Virus record (IMG/VR): IMGVR_UViG_3300046543_000451
Span: 5,376 to 69,375 of that record
Origin: a virus
Direction: 5' to 3' (one strand)
DNA length: 64,000 bases
The first letter of the stretch is position 1. Each line of letters opens with the position of its first letter. The notes beneath the pieces are model-generated. The model saw only the letters and a list, made by a program, of their open reading frames with translations. It made no database searches and had not been told where the DNA came from. Below are positions 44,356 through 54,249 of this stretch, in pieces. Both the position numbers and the translations under genes were made by a program.

Positions 44356-45060
44356 TCAGCCCCTTCGGGGCCATGCTTGATTGCGGAGGCGCTCGATGTC
44401 GAGACGCCAGTCGCCTTGATGACCGCCCTTGTCGAACGGTGTCTGGAATGTCTCGCCACCGGCCTTGGGTCCGCCCCACTTCTGGGCGTAGTAGGCATCG
44501 TTGGCGCCGTGGGTCGCGCCGTTGGCAGCGCGCAGGACCGGATCGGACATGATGGTCGCCGATCCGACGTGCTTGCCGGTGAAGCCGGTCTCGACCGTGA
44601 CGACTCCGGCAAGTTGCATCCGGCGGTGCCAGTCGAGGTCTTCGTCGTAGGCCGGGTGGATGTTCTCGTCCGCCCAGCCCGCGGCCTGAAGCGTCGGGCG
44701 GGTGATCGCGAACGACGCCATCCCAAACATGAAGTAGACCGCCCCGGCCCGGGGATCGACCGCCTCCTCCAGCCGGCCGAGGTCCCCGGGCCCGAACTCG
44801 ATGTCGTGGTTGACGATCAGCCACCACGGGGCCTGCGGGGTGACCTTGATCCCGAGGTTCCAGCTCGCCGCGACGCCGAGGTTGTGGCCGGGCCGGATGA
44901 CTCGATCGAGGACCATGTCGTGGCCCATGTCCCAGTCGACCGTCACGTCGCCGTTGTCGATCACGACGATCGTGTCGATCGGGTGGTCGATGGACCGAAG
45001 CATCCGGTCGAGCAGTTCCGGCTGGGTCAGGATCGGGACGATCAGCGCCGGGATGCTCAC
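44356..45060 (-). CDS. GT2 glycosyltransferase
   Basis: IVVIDNG, NLGVAASWNLG, IVNHD, DEN..PAY.EDLDW. Confidence 0.9.
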   Translation of the reverse strand: MSIPALIVPILTQPELLDRMLRSIDHPIDTIVVIDNGDVTVDWDMGHDMVLDRVIRPGHNLGVAASWNLGIKVTPQAPWWLIVNHDIEFGPGDLGRLEEAVDPRAGAVYFMFGMASFAITRPTLQAAGWADENIHPAYDEDLDWHRRMQLAGVVTVETGFTGKHVGSATIMSDPVLRAANGATHGANDAYYAQKWGGPKAGGETFQTPFDKGGHQGDWRLDIERLRNQAWPRRG

Positions 45061-45692
45061 GGCGGCCAGTTCCGCCAGTATTTATGCACGAGGACCGGCT
45101 CGAAGTGGAACTTCACGCCGTCGGCGTACATCCGGTTCCACATGTCCGCGTCGCCCGCGTAGCCGCGATCCCAGCAGTCGAGAGCGAAGCGGTAGCCGAG
45201 GCTCCGTCGCCAGAGGTTCGCGCCGTTCGCGAGTTGGCCGTCGCCCGGCGGCCACGCGCCGTAGTTCTGCTGGGTGTAGACGCCGTCCTTGATCGTGGTG
45301 CTGATGCCGTAGACGTGGTCGGCGCCTGACTTATCGGCGGCTTCGAGCAGGAAGCGATGGTGGTTCGACATGAACTCGTCGTCGTCGCCGAGGACCGCGA
45401 TCCACTCACCCTGCGCCCGGTCGAGCCCGAAGTTGATGGCCTCCAGACCGTACAGGCCCCAAGCCGTGTCGTGATCCTCGGGGTACGGGTAGTGCGGCAG
45501 GTTCCAGAACCAGAGATTGTCGTGCTGCTTCATCAGCTCGCGGACGCCGGCCTCGGTCTCGCGATCCGTGCCGTCGCCGACGACGAGGACTTCCTGATCC
45601 TGCTCGGTCTGGCCGAAGACGCTCGGCAATGCCCGTTTGAGCAAGAGGTCCGCCCGGTTGTAGGTCGGGATGATGACGCTGATGAGGGTCAC
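45057..45692 (-). CDS. GT2 glycosyltransferase
   Basis: ISVIIPTYNR, LVVGDG, N.GL..AQGEWIAVLGDDD. Confidence 0.92.
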   Translation of the reverse strand: MTLISVIIPTYNRADLLLKRALPSVFGQTEQDQEVLVVGDGTDRETEAGVRELMKQHDNLWFWNLPHYPYPEDHDTAWGLYGLEAINFGLDRAQGEWIAVLGDDDEFMSNHHRFLLEAADKSGADHVYGISTTIKDGVYTQQNYGAWPPGDGQLANGANLWRRSLGYRFALDCWDRGYAGDADMWNRMYADGVKFHFEPVLVHKYWRNWPP

Positions 45693-46369
45693 GCTGCGCC
45701 TGCTGCTGCCGCCACGATCCGCTGGTGGAGGGCTTCGATCCGGGGGTGGGACTCGGGCGGATAGCCGTCCCGGTAGTAGGCCGTCCACGGGTACTGGATC
45801 GAGAGCCAGCGGAGATCGGTCACCGGCTTCAGGTTGCCGCCGACGAGCGCCATGCCCGGCGGGACGTTCTTGGTGATCGTCGTGTTGGCTCCCACGAACG
45901 AGCCGTAGCCGACGATCACGCCGGCGACGACCACGCAGCCGATCGCGAGCACCGCGCCCTCCCCGATGACCGCCTCTTGGTTGACGTTGCTCGGTGGCAG
46001 CTTGTTGTCGGTGATGTAGCAGTTGGCGTAGACCCGGGCGAAGTCCGAGATCATGCCCTTGGTCATCTCGACCCGGCCGTGGATGCGGACGTAGTCACCG
46101 ACGATGCCGCCGCCTTCGAGCGAGCTGCCCGTCCCGATCCGTAGGTTCCGGCCGATCACGTTCCCCGCCCGGATGAGAACGTGATGGCCGGTTTCGAGGT
46201 CCGGACCGATCGTCGAACCGCCCTCGATGATCGAGTGGCTGCGGATGATCGACTTGCCGTTGACGACCAGCGGCCCATGCTCGGAGCCGATGATGCAGAA
46301 CGGCTCGACCTCGACATCCGGTCCGAGGTGGACGTTGCGGTGGATGATGGCCGTCGGGTGAATGCTCAT
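45689..46369 (-). CDS. Hexapeptide-repeat (LbH) sugar acyltransferase
   Basis: IHPTAIIH...; VIGEGAVLA...V.VG.GSFVGANTTITKNVP. Confidence 0.9.
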   Translation of the reverse strand: MSIHPTAIIHRNVHLGPDVEVEPFCIIGSEHGPLVVNGKSIIRSHSIIEGGSTIGPDLETGHHVLIRAGNVIGRNLRIGTGSSLEGGGIVGDYVRIHGRVEMTKGMISDFARVYANCYITDNKLPPSNVNQEAVIGEGAVLAIGCVVVAGVIVGYGSFVGANTTITKNVPPGMALVGGNLKPVTDLRWLSIQYPWTAYYRDGYPPESHPRIEALHQRIVAAAAGAA

Positions 46370-46638
46370 CGCATCATCAACTGCTGCCCGAAGTCGCGCG
46401 GGTGGTCGTCTGTGCCGTGGAGGAATGCGAGACGCTCGGGAGACTCATCCACGACGACTCGCTTGTAGAGCAGCCAGACGTAGGTCGCGTAGTCCTTGGG
46501 CATCCCGTGACGGTCGAGGTTCAGTCGCGGCTCTCCGGTCGGGGCCGATCCGAAGCCCGACACGCCAGAGTAGACCGCGTAGAGCCGCGCCAACTGGTCG
46601 GAGACCCCAACAGGAAGGGGCGGCGGGATGTAGCCCAT
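46366..46638 (-). CDS. Hypothetical protein
   Basis: MGYIPPPLP..., coupled to the acyltransferase. Confidence 0.55.
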   Translation of the reverse strand: MGYIPPPLPVGVSDQLARLYAVYSGVSGFGSAPTGEPRLNLDRHGMPKDYATYVWLLYKRVVVDESPERLAFLHGTDDHPRDFGQQLMMR

Positions 46639-46645
46639 CAGTGGA

Positions 46646-46861
46646 TCACGGCTTATGCCAGCCCGTTCGCTGCCACCAAGTCTCGGGGATGTCGTCGTAG
46701 AAGGAGTTGATGAGCCGCGCTGGATGAAGTTGGCATCCGTAGAAGGGCGACTCGCGCCCTGTTCGGTTTTCGTACCAACGGGCGATTCGGTTGATTGGAC
46801 CACCGAGCACGCCGCACAGCTTGATGCCAGCGTTCCACAAGAGGAACCGGAACGCCCTCAT
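46646..46861 (-). CDS. Hypothetical protein
   Basis: ATGA coupling to the SGNH gene. Confidence 0.5.
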   Translation of the reverse strand: MRAFRFLLWNAGIKLCGVLGGPINRIARWYENRTGRESPFYGCQLHPARLINSFYDDIPETWWQRTGWHKP

Positions 46862-47409
46862 CCGCGAGCCGCGGCGTCGAGCGCCTTCTGGACGGTCTCG
46901 GCGTAGACCTCGTGGCCGCGCTCCGAGAGGTGCAGGCCGTCCGCCAGCAGGAACCCGTCGCCCGCGCCGAACGCCGCTCGGACGTCGATGAGGCGGACGC
47001 TCTCGTCATCGGCCACGCGGCGGACGATCTGGTCATAGTGGGCCACGTCCTCGGCGAACCCGGCGTTGCGGAACGTCGGTGTCAGCGAGCACAGCATCGG
47101 CTCGGCCTTGAACGTCCGAGACCGGTCGACCATCTCGATCAGGTTGACCTTGAAGGCCGCCGGGCTGACCCGGTGGAGGCCCCGGTCGGTCTTCCAGCGG
47201 TTGGCATCGTTGTGGCCGAACTGGATGATGACGATCGAGGGTTCCTGCTCCTGAACGTCCTTCGGGAAGCGCTCCAGCCCAAGCCGGGTCGTGTCGCCGG
47301 GAACGCCACGAGACAGAACGCGCTTGGACTGGAGCAGGAACGGCCACGCCTTGGCGCTGTCAGCGAGGAGCTGGCCGTAGGTGATCGAGTCGCCGATGCA
47401 GACGATCAT
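46858..47409 (-). CDS. SGNH/GDSL hydrolase (esterase or acetyltransferase)
   Basis: GDSIT, GVPGDTT, FGHNDA, DGLHL. Confidence 0.93.
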   Translation of the reverse strand: MIVCIGDSITYGQLLADSAKAWPFLLQSKRVLSRGVPGDTTRLGLERFPKDVQEQEPSIVIIQFGHNDANRWKTDRGLHRVSPAAFKVNLIEMVDRSRTFKAEPMLCSLTPTFRNAGFAEDVAHYDQIVRRVADDESVRLIDVRAAFGAGDGFLLADGLHLSERGHEVYAETVQKALDAAARG

Positions 47410-48185
47410 GCCATCACGAAGTCGTAGCTGTAAGTCGGCCGGGGAAGGTCGGGCCGGTCATCCTCCTGACCGGTCTTCTCGACGATCTCGATCCGGTCGT
47501 TGAGGAACGCCCGGCTGGCCTTGATCTGGGCCTCGGTTCGGAACAGCGTCCGATGCTCGATCTCGTAGTCCCTATTCATGTCCTGACCCTCGATGAGCCG
47601 CATCGAGCCGTCGCCGCCCCAGAGCCAGACGGAGTGGCCGTCCTTGACCGCCGCGTACCACCAATGGCGCTTCTCGACGCGCATCCCGGGGAGTGCCCGC
47701 CAGAGGTGAGGAATGAACACGCGCTCAACCGCCTGTTCGACGTGCCACTGGCCGACGGCGCTGCGATCGAGTGGCCGGCGCGGATTGAGCGGAGTCACGT
47801 AGGGGACATTGATGACGTCGCCGCGGTGCTGGCTCAGGAAGTTGCGGATGATCTCGCGGTCGGCCGTGATGACGTGGTCCGCGTCCACAGTGGCGATCCA
47901 GTCGCTGTCCGCCGATGCGATGGCGAGCAGGGCGGAGCGCTTGGCGACTTGCCCGGCCCACAGGAAGTCCGGCTGGACGATGCGGCACTCGATGTTGACC
48001 GCCGCGGCTGCCTCACGAATGGCGGCAATCTGCTCCTTCGGGCTATGCGGCGTGGCGCCGGGATAGCGGACGTAGGCGCCGTCGAGGAAGACCACTCGGT
48101 CGGCGATCTGGCCGAGGCCGCGAACACAGGCGTCGAGGTCCTCGGGACGCTCGTTCCACGCGCACAGGGCCCCCGTGACGATCAC
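47406..48185 (-). CDS. GT-A-like glycosyltransferase
   Basis: AWNE..., DRVVFLDGAY, QVAKRS, DWIATVDADH. Confidence 0.75.
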   Translation of the reverse strand: MIVTGALCAWNERPEDLDACVRGLGQIADRVVFLDGAYVRYPGATPHSPKEQIAAIREAAAAVNIECRIVQPDFLWAGQVAKRSALLAIASADSDWIATVDADHVITADREIIRNFLSQHRGDVINVPYVTPLNPRRPLDRSAVGQWHVEQAVERVFIPHLWRALPGMRVEKRHWWYAAVKDGHSVWLWGGDGSMRLIEGQDMNRDYEIEHRTLFRTEAQIKASRAFLNDRIEIVEKTGQEDDRPDLPRPTYSYDFVMA

Positions 48186-48400
48186 TGCTTGAAGATCATG
48201 TCGCCGATCGGCTCCGGCAGGACCTCGATCGTCGTCTCGGGAACGTACTGCGACGCGGGCACAGAGCCGTCCGCGTTGGCCTTCGGCTGAACGATCAGCG
48301 TTCGCTGCGGCTGGGACTCCCACTCCACGATCCCGACGATCCTCCCGACGAGGCCGGTGCGGATATCGCGGACCGTCATGCCGAACAACTGGTCCTTCAT
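48182..48400 (-). CDS. Hypothetical SH3-like small protein
   Basis: G.TVRDIRTGLVG...VQP....DG. Confidence 0.65.
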   Translation of the reverse strand: MKDQLFGMTVRDIRTGLVGRIVGIVEWESQPQRTLIVQPKANADGSVPASQYVPETTIEVLPEPIGDMIFKQ

Positions 48401-49272
48401 GCGTCGAGGAGGTCGTACCACGGGGCTCGGCTGAACGGCTTGGCTGGATCAGGCACGTAGCCGATCCGGGCCTCGATGAACGACCGGACTGGCTCGACCT
48501 GAGCCCACTTCCAGAGCGGGATCGGGAAACCGCGCTTGTCCTTCCGGTCGATGATCGCGTCGGGCACGATGCCCCGGACCAGTTCGCGCAGGTGGCGCTT
48601 GCCGACGCGCTCGTGGATCGGCAGGCTCAGGCCGTACTCGACGATGCGCTGGTCGGTGAACGGGGCCCGGGCCTTGATGTCGAAGGCCCCCAGCATCCGG
48701 TCATCAACCGCGAGGAGGTCGGGAAGCATCGCGAAGTCATAGTTGAGGGCTTCGCGCAGGGTGGTCGGATACCCGTCCGGCAGGGTGTAGTCCTCGTAGC
48801 CGACCGGCGGCTCCTCGCCGGCGACGATCATCTGGCGGGCGTAGCCGCCGAACAGCTCGTCGCTGCCCTCGCCGGAGATCGCCATCGTGATCCCCTGCGA
48901 GGCAAGGTACTTGGCGACCATCCACTGGCCGAAGGCGCCCATGCCCGGCCGCAGCCCCTTCAGGTGCGGCTTCATGGCGTCGAAGTTCTCGACGAAGTCC
49001 TCGGGCACGATCCCGATCTCGTAGTGGTCGTGGTGCCGGGCGAGGTCGGCGTACTCGCGCTCGTCGAAGCCCGGCTCGTCGTAGTAGGCCGTGAACGTCG
49101 GCAGGCCCGGACGGATGTGGTCGGCGACGCAGGCGACGGTCGAGGAGTCCAGCCCGCCGGAGAGGACGATCCCGACCTTGTCGTCATCAGCGTGCGCTTC
49201 GTCGAGGATCACGTCGATCGCCGAGCCGATCAAGTCAACAAGGTCGGTTGTGCCCAGAGTCGCCAGTGCCAT
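48397..49272 (-). CDS. Asparagine-synthase-like amide ligase (synthetase domain only)
   Basis: LSGGLDSS, ISGEGSDELFGGY, LPDLLAVDDRM, RAPF.D, K.GF.IP; no N-terminal Cys glutaminase domain. Confidence 0.88.
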   Translation of the reverse strand: MALATLGTTDLVDLIGSAIDVILDEAHADDDKVGIVLSGGLDSSTVACVADHIRPGLPTFTAYYDEPGFDEREYADLARHHDHYEIGIVPEDFVENFDAMKPHLKGLRPGMGAFGQWMVAKYLASQGITMAISGEGSDELFGGYARQMIVAGEEPPVGYEDYTLPDGYPTTLREALNYDFAMLPDLLAVDDRMLGAFDIKARAPFTDQRIVEYGLSLPIHERVGKRHLRELVRGIVPDAIIDRKDKRGFPIPLWKWAQVEPVRSFIEARIGYVPDPAKPFSRAPWYDLLDA

Positions 49273-50171
49273 CACTTCACTCCCGCAAGATGGGTGTACG
49301 TAGTCTCGACGCCGTTGGCCTTGTACCATTCGACGGCCTGACGGATGCCCGAGACGAGCGGGGTCCGGGCTGACCAACCGAACTCCGCCAGCGTCTCGGA
49401 CGGATCGAGCAGAATGGTCTCGGCGTCGTCGGGTCCACGCGAGAGGCGGGTCGGGAGCGAAGGCTGGACGCCCACGGCCCCCACCATCTCGTTGTAGATG
49501 TCCTCGATGGCGACATCGCCGCCAGAGGCAACGTGGTAGACGCCACGCCCCTGCGTCGCGGCCTTGACGGCGACATCGACGAGGTCGTCGATGTAGACGA
49601 AGTCCCGGCGGGAGTCGACGACCGTGCAGGGCTCGCCCTCCGACAACCGCTTGAAGAAAGTCGGGACCGGGCCGGACAGGTTCCGGGGACCGTAGATGTT
49701 GGCGAGCCGGAGGCTGACGTAGTCCACGCCGGAGTCCCGGATGTAACTCTCGCCGGCCGTCTTGCTGACGGCGTAAGACCCGGTCGGCCGGAGAGGGGCT
49801 TCCAAGCCGACCGGGCTGTCAGGGTTCAGGCCGTAGCAGAGGCTGGTCTGGAAGTAGACGATCTTGGCGCCAGTCCGTTGTGCTTCCCGCACAACATTGA
49901 TCGTCCCGAGGACGTTGGTCGAGGCGTCCCGCTCCCACTCGGCGCGGTCCTTGTACGAGGCCGCGCAGTGGTAGATGACATCGAACTCCTTGGACCCGAT
50001 CGCGTTCGCCAGACCGGTCCGGATGTCTCCCTCGTAATAGTCGATCGAGGTGTTCCCGATCCGACCGGTCGAGAGGTTGTCAATCCCATCGACCTCGTGG
50101 CCCTGCTCTTGCAAGGAGTCCGCAATCGTGCTTCCGATGAAGCCAGCGATCCCGGTGATGAACACACGCAA
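49272..50171 (-). CDS. NAD-dependent nucleotide-sugar epimerase/reductase (WbmG/WbmH-like extended SDR)
   Basis: GIAGFIG, AASYKD, FQTSLCYG, SYAVSK, RLANIYGPRNLSGP, GPDDA..ILLDPS. Confidence 0.92.
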   Translation of the reverse strand: MRVFITGIAGFIGSTIADSLQEQGHEVDGIDNLSTGRIGNTSIDYYEGDIRTGLANAIGSKEFDVIYHCAASYKDRAEWERDASTNVLGTINVVREAQRTGAKIVYFQTSLCYGLNPDSPVGLEAPLRPTGSYAVSKTAGESYIRDSGVDYVSLRLANIYGPRNLSGPVPTFFKRLSEGEPCTVVDSRRDFVYIDDLVDVAVKAATQGRGVYHVASGGDVAIEDIYNEMVGAVGVQPSLPTRLSRGPDDAETILLDPSETLAEFGWSARTPLVSGIRQAVEWYKANGVETTYTHLAGVK

Positions 50172-50184
50172 GGTGCGTCTCCCT

Positions 50185-50640
50185 CTACGCCTCGGCCCAG
50201 CCGAATGTCAGTGCCTGCGGGCTGATCGCCCCCGATGGCGCCCCCAGCGCCACGACCTCTTGGAGCACGAGGTATCGCGTGTGCTCCCCGACCCCATCCA
50301 TGACCCCCGTGTCAAAGATGAACTTACGCCCTGCCGTCAAGTCCATGGTAGCGACTGTCGAGACCGTGTTCTTGGGCGTTGCGCCGGTATCGGTCACGCC
50401 GAACTTGATGGTGACGCCGGTCGGCAGGCTGCCGGTGCAGATGACGTAGAAGTTCGTCGCCCCGTGGGTCGGAGCCGAGTCGCACCGGAGCGCCACCCAG
50501 CGCTCGTAGCTGACACTGCCCGGCAGGACGTTGCCGCCCGAGACCGCGTCGGCATCGGTCAGGGAGGCGGACGACTGGCCCGTGTGCTCGGTCCCGGCGT
50601 TCGTCCCGGTGAAGACGCTCATCGAGATGGTCGCGGTCAC
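50185..50640 (-). CDS. Putative structural protein
   Basis: GTGA coupled to the portal; SYERW, TRYLVLQ. Confidence 0.7.
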   Translation of the reverse strand: MTATISMSVFTGTNAGTEHTGQSSASLTDADAVSGGNVLPGSVSYERWVALRCDSAPTHGATNFYVICTGSLPTGVTIKFGVTDTGATPKNTVSTVATMDLTAGRKFIFDTGVMDGVGEHTRYLVLQEVVALGAPSGAISPQALTFGWAEA

Positions 50641-52175
50641 TTCGGAGGTGCCTTCTTGGCCGGAGCCGGGGCTACGGGCTTCGGCTGGGCGGCGGCAACT
50701 TCCTTGGCGTTCTGGGCCGCCGCGTCGGCGTTGTCCGCGTCGATCTGGCCCTGATTCTCCGCCACGTCCTTCTGGGCGTCGGCCGCGATCTGGGCGAGCT
50801 GCTCCTCACCGAGATACTTGTTGGTGGTGATGTCGAGCATGCCCTTGGGGGTGTTCGTCAGGAGGTGGTTGAAGACGTTGTCCTCGTCCTGCGGATCGCC
50901 GATCGGCGCCCGGCCGTCCGTCCGGCGGGCCTCGTTGACCGACTTGGTCGGGACGCCCGGCATGGCGACCTTGTTGATGTTGGCCTTCGCCAGCGTCTCG
51001 TCGAGGGTCAGGTCGGCGAACTTGAAGGCGAGGTTGGCGTCCTTGCCACCGAACGACTTGTCCCAGACGATCTCCCGGGTCATGTAGTTCTGGAACAGGC
51101 TCATCAGGGGCCGCAGGCCACGGTCCTCGGTGTTGCTGGTCTGGGTCTCGGCCGTGCTCCGGTTGACGTCGAACGTGATCGCGAGGTCCATCGGGCTCAG
51201 TCCGAGCACGGTGGCGATGCAGCGGATCAGGTAGTCCTGCCACTCGCGGAACTGCATGTCCCGGTTGCTGCCGCGGAAGGGCATCCACGACGGACCCTTG
51301 TAGCCACCGATGATCGCCATCGCGCCCTGCCCGAAGATTTCGGACTGGAACTTGGACTGGGCCTTCTGGACGTCCTCGGGGCTGGCTGACTCGCCGATGT
51401 TGAGCACGCCGTCCGGGGCCGCGCCCATGACCTGCCGGCGGTTGTACTCGTTGCCCTGAAGCTCGCTCTCGATGATCGAGCGGAGAATCTGCATCGGGGA
51501 GAGTCCGACAGCACTGTTGGCGCGCTGGTTGGCGATCATGTAGACCATGTCGTCGTTCCGAAAGGTCGCACGCACCGTGCCGTCGGGAATGAAGTAGTAG
51601 CGAGGCTTCTCGGGATCGGAACCATCCCAGCGCTCGTCTACCGCGATCCAGTCCCCGCGACTGGGCCAGAGTTCAGCGATCGTCCCATCCGGGTAGCGGA
51701 CCTTCTCGATCGGGGCGCCGTCGAGGGTCAACAGCTCGTCGATCACGGTGGCCGCGAACGACTGGAACGAGTCGAGCTTGGCGGAAGGCTGGTTGAACAG
51801 TTCGAGCAGGCGCTTCCGGTTCGTGGCCGAGAAGCGCTTGGTGTTGTCGAAGGGGACGATGTCCCAGTCCGCGCTCGACACTTGGTTCTTGCGGATGTTG
51901 ATGCCGGCGAAGACCCACGGGGTCTGGGCATAGGCCCGGTAGGTGTCCGAGCCACTCGGCATCCGCAGCGCCGTGTTCTGGGTGACCATCGTGAACGCGC
52001 CGACCGTCGTGTCGCCGAGGACGTTGCCGGTGATGTACGGCAGGCCGGCGGGGCTCGTTCGGGGGCGGAGGGCCTTCAAGACCTGCTGCATGAACGTCGG
52101 CTTGATCTCGGGCACGACGACAGGCACGAGGGCCCGCGGCGACGGGCGCTGGTCGGGATGAAGGTCCTGCATCAT
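50637..52175 (-). CDS. Portal protein (HK97-like)
   Basis: WVFAGI, GLSPM, PDGVL, DMQF.E......IA..LGLSP, SVNEARR. Confidence 0.93.
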   Translation of the reverse strand: MMQDLHPDQRPSPRALVPVVVPEIKPTFMQQVLKALRPRTSPAGLPYITGNVLGDTTVGAFTMVTQNTALRMPSGSDTYRAYAQTPWVFAGINIRKNQVSSADWDIVPFDNTKRFSATNRKRLLELFNQPSAKLDSFQSFAATVIDELLTLDGAPIEKVRYPDGTIAELWPSRGDWIAVDERWDGSDPEKPRYYFIPDGTVRATFRNDDMVYMIANQRANSAVGLSPMQILRSIIESELQGNEYNRRQVMGAAPDGVLNIGESASPEDVQKAQSKFQSEIFGQGAMAIIGGYKGPSWMPFRGSNRDMQFREWQDYLIRCIATVLGLSPMDLAITFDVNRSTAETQTSNTEDRGLRPLMSLFQNYMTREIVWDKSFGGKDANLAFKFADLTLDETLAKANINKVAMPGVPTKSVNEARRTDGRAPIGDPQDEDNVFNHLLTNTPKGMLDITTNKYLGEEQLAQIAADAQKDVAENQGQIDADNADAAAQNAKEVAAAQPKPVAPAPAKKAPPK

Positions 52176-53746
52176 CGGTTGAAGCGACCGAAGATCGCGT
52201 TGTTGATGAAGGCCGACTCGTTCCGGCGGTTGGCAAGGGTCACGGCTTCCTCCTTGCTGTACCGCTCGACCTCGATGCCTTCGAGCATCTTGGCGAGGTA
52301 GGCCGGGACGTACTCGGTCCCCGTGTTGAAGCGGAGGTACTCGCCGGGGCTCGTCTGAGCGTCTACGACGCCCTGTGACGGCCCGGAAACCGCGGCGAAG
52401 GACCCGGACACCGCTCGGATGTCCATCGCCAGTCCAAGGGCGTCGATCTGGTCGTCGTGGCCCTTCGGGAAGTTGAGCATCTCGGCTTCGAGTTCGCCGC
52501 CCTTCAGCGAACGATGGTGATGGACCCGGTGGGACTCGTAGCGGGCAGCCACCGACCGGGCCCGGGTCCGCTTGTCGATGTCGGTCTTGCGGCCGACCAC
52601 CGGAAGCGTCGTCTCGTTGAGGAGGTCCTGTACCAAGGTGCTCTGGTGCTGGTTGGTCTCGATGATGATCTTGCTGATCCCGGGGAAGGCCGCAGCCCCG
52701 TCCTTGACGAACTGGCGATGGCCCGACTCGGTCTTGACCCGGTAGGTTCCGAGGACCCAGTGCTCATGGAACTCGTCCTCCGCCACCACGACCCGGGCCG
52801 TCCAGTCGGCCCGCTCCCGTTCGCTGGACGCGAGGTCGACGCCCATGGTGAGGATGAAGCGCCGGTCTCGGGGCAGCTCGTCGAAGTAGTCGAACCAGTC
52901 CTTGCGGAAGATCAGGCCCTCGCGCTGACCCGAGATGTCGTTGAGGTACGAGCAGGCGAAGTTGTCCCAGCCGACGTCATCACGCTCGGCGTACAGCCGC
53001 TCCAAGGGCCAGACGTCCGGCCAGTAGCTCACGTCGTTGCCGTCGTCGTCGAGCGTGATGGCCGGGATGACGAGGTGCGGCCAGTGGTTGGTCTCGATCA
53101 GGCGCTCGTACAGGTCGCCCTCGACCCAGCGCGTCCCGACGACGATGATCGAGGCGCCCTCGGCCGCCTGCGCCGGCTTCATCGTCTTCCAGAACCAGTC
53201 CTCGGTCTTCTCCCGGCGGTCGATGTTGTAGGTGTTCTCGGCGTCGAGGATGTCGTCGCAGAAGATGAGGTCGAAGCGCTTGGACACCGCCGACGAGTTG
53301 TTGACCCCGCCGGTCACCATCGTCCGGTCCTTCGACGTCGTCCAGCGGCTGCCCTTGCGGAGCCACTCGGCGTCCGACCACTTGGACTCGCCGCGGAGGT
53401 TGCCGAAGACGTCGCGGAACGCCTCGGACTCCGACAGGGTCCAGCGGATGGCGTTCGACATCGCCTCGGCCTTCTTGTCCTTCTGGCTGAACAGGCCGAT
53501 GCGGATGTCCGCGTTCTTGGCGACCTGATGGGCCAGCCAGCCGGTCGTCAGGCTGGTGGTCTTGGTCGAGCCGCGGGGCGCCAGCACGACGCCGTTCTCG
53601 CGCTTGGCGATGCGCTCCTCGACGAACTCGACCATCTGCCGGATGTGGGGCGCCGGCTTGTAGCCGAAGACGTACTCCTGAAAGGCGTAGTAGTCAGTCC
53701 TCGCCAACTGCTTCAGGAGGTTCCGACGGAGCATCTCCCTGTCCAT
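52172..53746 (-). CDS. terL: Terminase large subunit
   Basis: APRGSTKTT, DLIFCDD, VGTRW...DLY, GVDLA...D, IETN, FP.G.HDDQIDAL. Confidence 0.95.
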   Translation of the reverse strand: MDREMLRRNLLKQLARTDYYAFQEYVFGYKPAPHIRQMVEFVEERIAKRENGVVLAPRGSTKTTSLTTGWLAHQVAKNADIRIGLFSQKDKKAEAMSNAIRWTLSESEAFRDVFGNLRGESKWSDAEWLRKGSRWTTSKDRTMVTGGVNNSSAVSKRFDLIFCDDILDAENTYNIDRREKTEDWFWKTMKPAQAAEGASIIVVGTRWVEGDLYERLIETNHWPHLVIPAITLDDDGNDVSYWPDVWPLERLYAERDDVGWDNFACSYLNDISGQREGLIFRKDWFDYFDELPRDRRFILTMGVDLASSERERADWTARVVVAEDEFHEHWVLGTYRVKTESGHRQFVKDGAAAFPGISKIIIETNQHQSTLVQDLLNETTLPVVGRKTDIDKRTRARSVAARYESHRVHHHRSLKGGELEAEMLNFPKGHDDQIDALGLAMDIRAVSGSFAAVSGPSQGVVDAQTSPGEYLRFNTGTEYVPAYLAKMLEGIEVERYSKEEAVTLANRRNESAFINNAIFGRFNR

Positions 53747-54236
53747 CGGCTGGGTCTACCTCGCCACTTTCGAGCATGGCGAGCCCGCGCCGGATCGCGT
53801 CGATCGACATCGGCGTGTCTTCATTGAGCAGGCCCTCCTCGCCGGGCTGGCGCTCGGCGGCGGCGTCCGCGGTGAAGGTGCGGACCATCCCGGCGATCCC
53901 GAGCATATCGCGGGTCGAGACCTTGATCTCGCCGGACTTCAGCGCCTTCTCGTACTGGGCGAGGTATTCCAGCCCGACCGACATGATCCGCTCGCGGGTC
54001 GCGATCTGGAACTTGGTCAGCTCGTCGAGCATGGCCTCGGTCGTCTTGATGCCGAGGGTCTCGCGGAACGTCCGGCGCTGGCCGGTCCAGTCCTCGCGGG
54101 CTCCTCGATCAGTGAGGAGCGACCGGGACATCCCGTACTTGTCGGCCAGATCGGTGTACGAGATCGGCGGCGAGCCGGCGTCGTAGATGTACTCGCGCTT
54201 GATGATCTCGTAGTCGTACTTCCGGTTTCGGGTCAT
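53694..54236 (-). CDS. terS: Terminase small subunit
   Basis: N-terminal HTH (YEIIKREYI...SYTDLADKYGMS...EDW...R) directly upstream of terL. Confidence 0.75.
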   Translation of the reverse strand: MTRNRKYDYEIIKREYIYDAGSPPISYTDLADKYGMSRSLLTDRGAREDWTGQRRTFRETLGIKTTEAMLDELTKFQIATRERIMSVGLEYLAQYEKALKSGEIKVSTRDMLGIAGMVRTFTADAAAERQPGEEGLLNEDTPMSIDAIRRGLAMLESGEVDPADGQGDAPSEPPEAVGED

Positions 54237-54249
54237 CGTTCTTTCCTTG

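Noticed and set aside
48397-49272. True asparagine synthetase or lasso-peptide cyclase
   Set aside because: No glutaminase domain and no lasso precursor or B protein; the context is sugar modification
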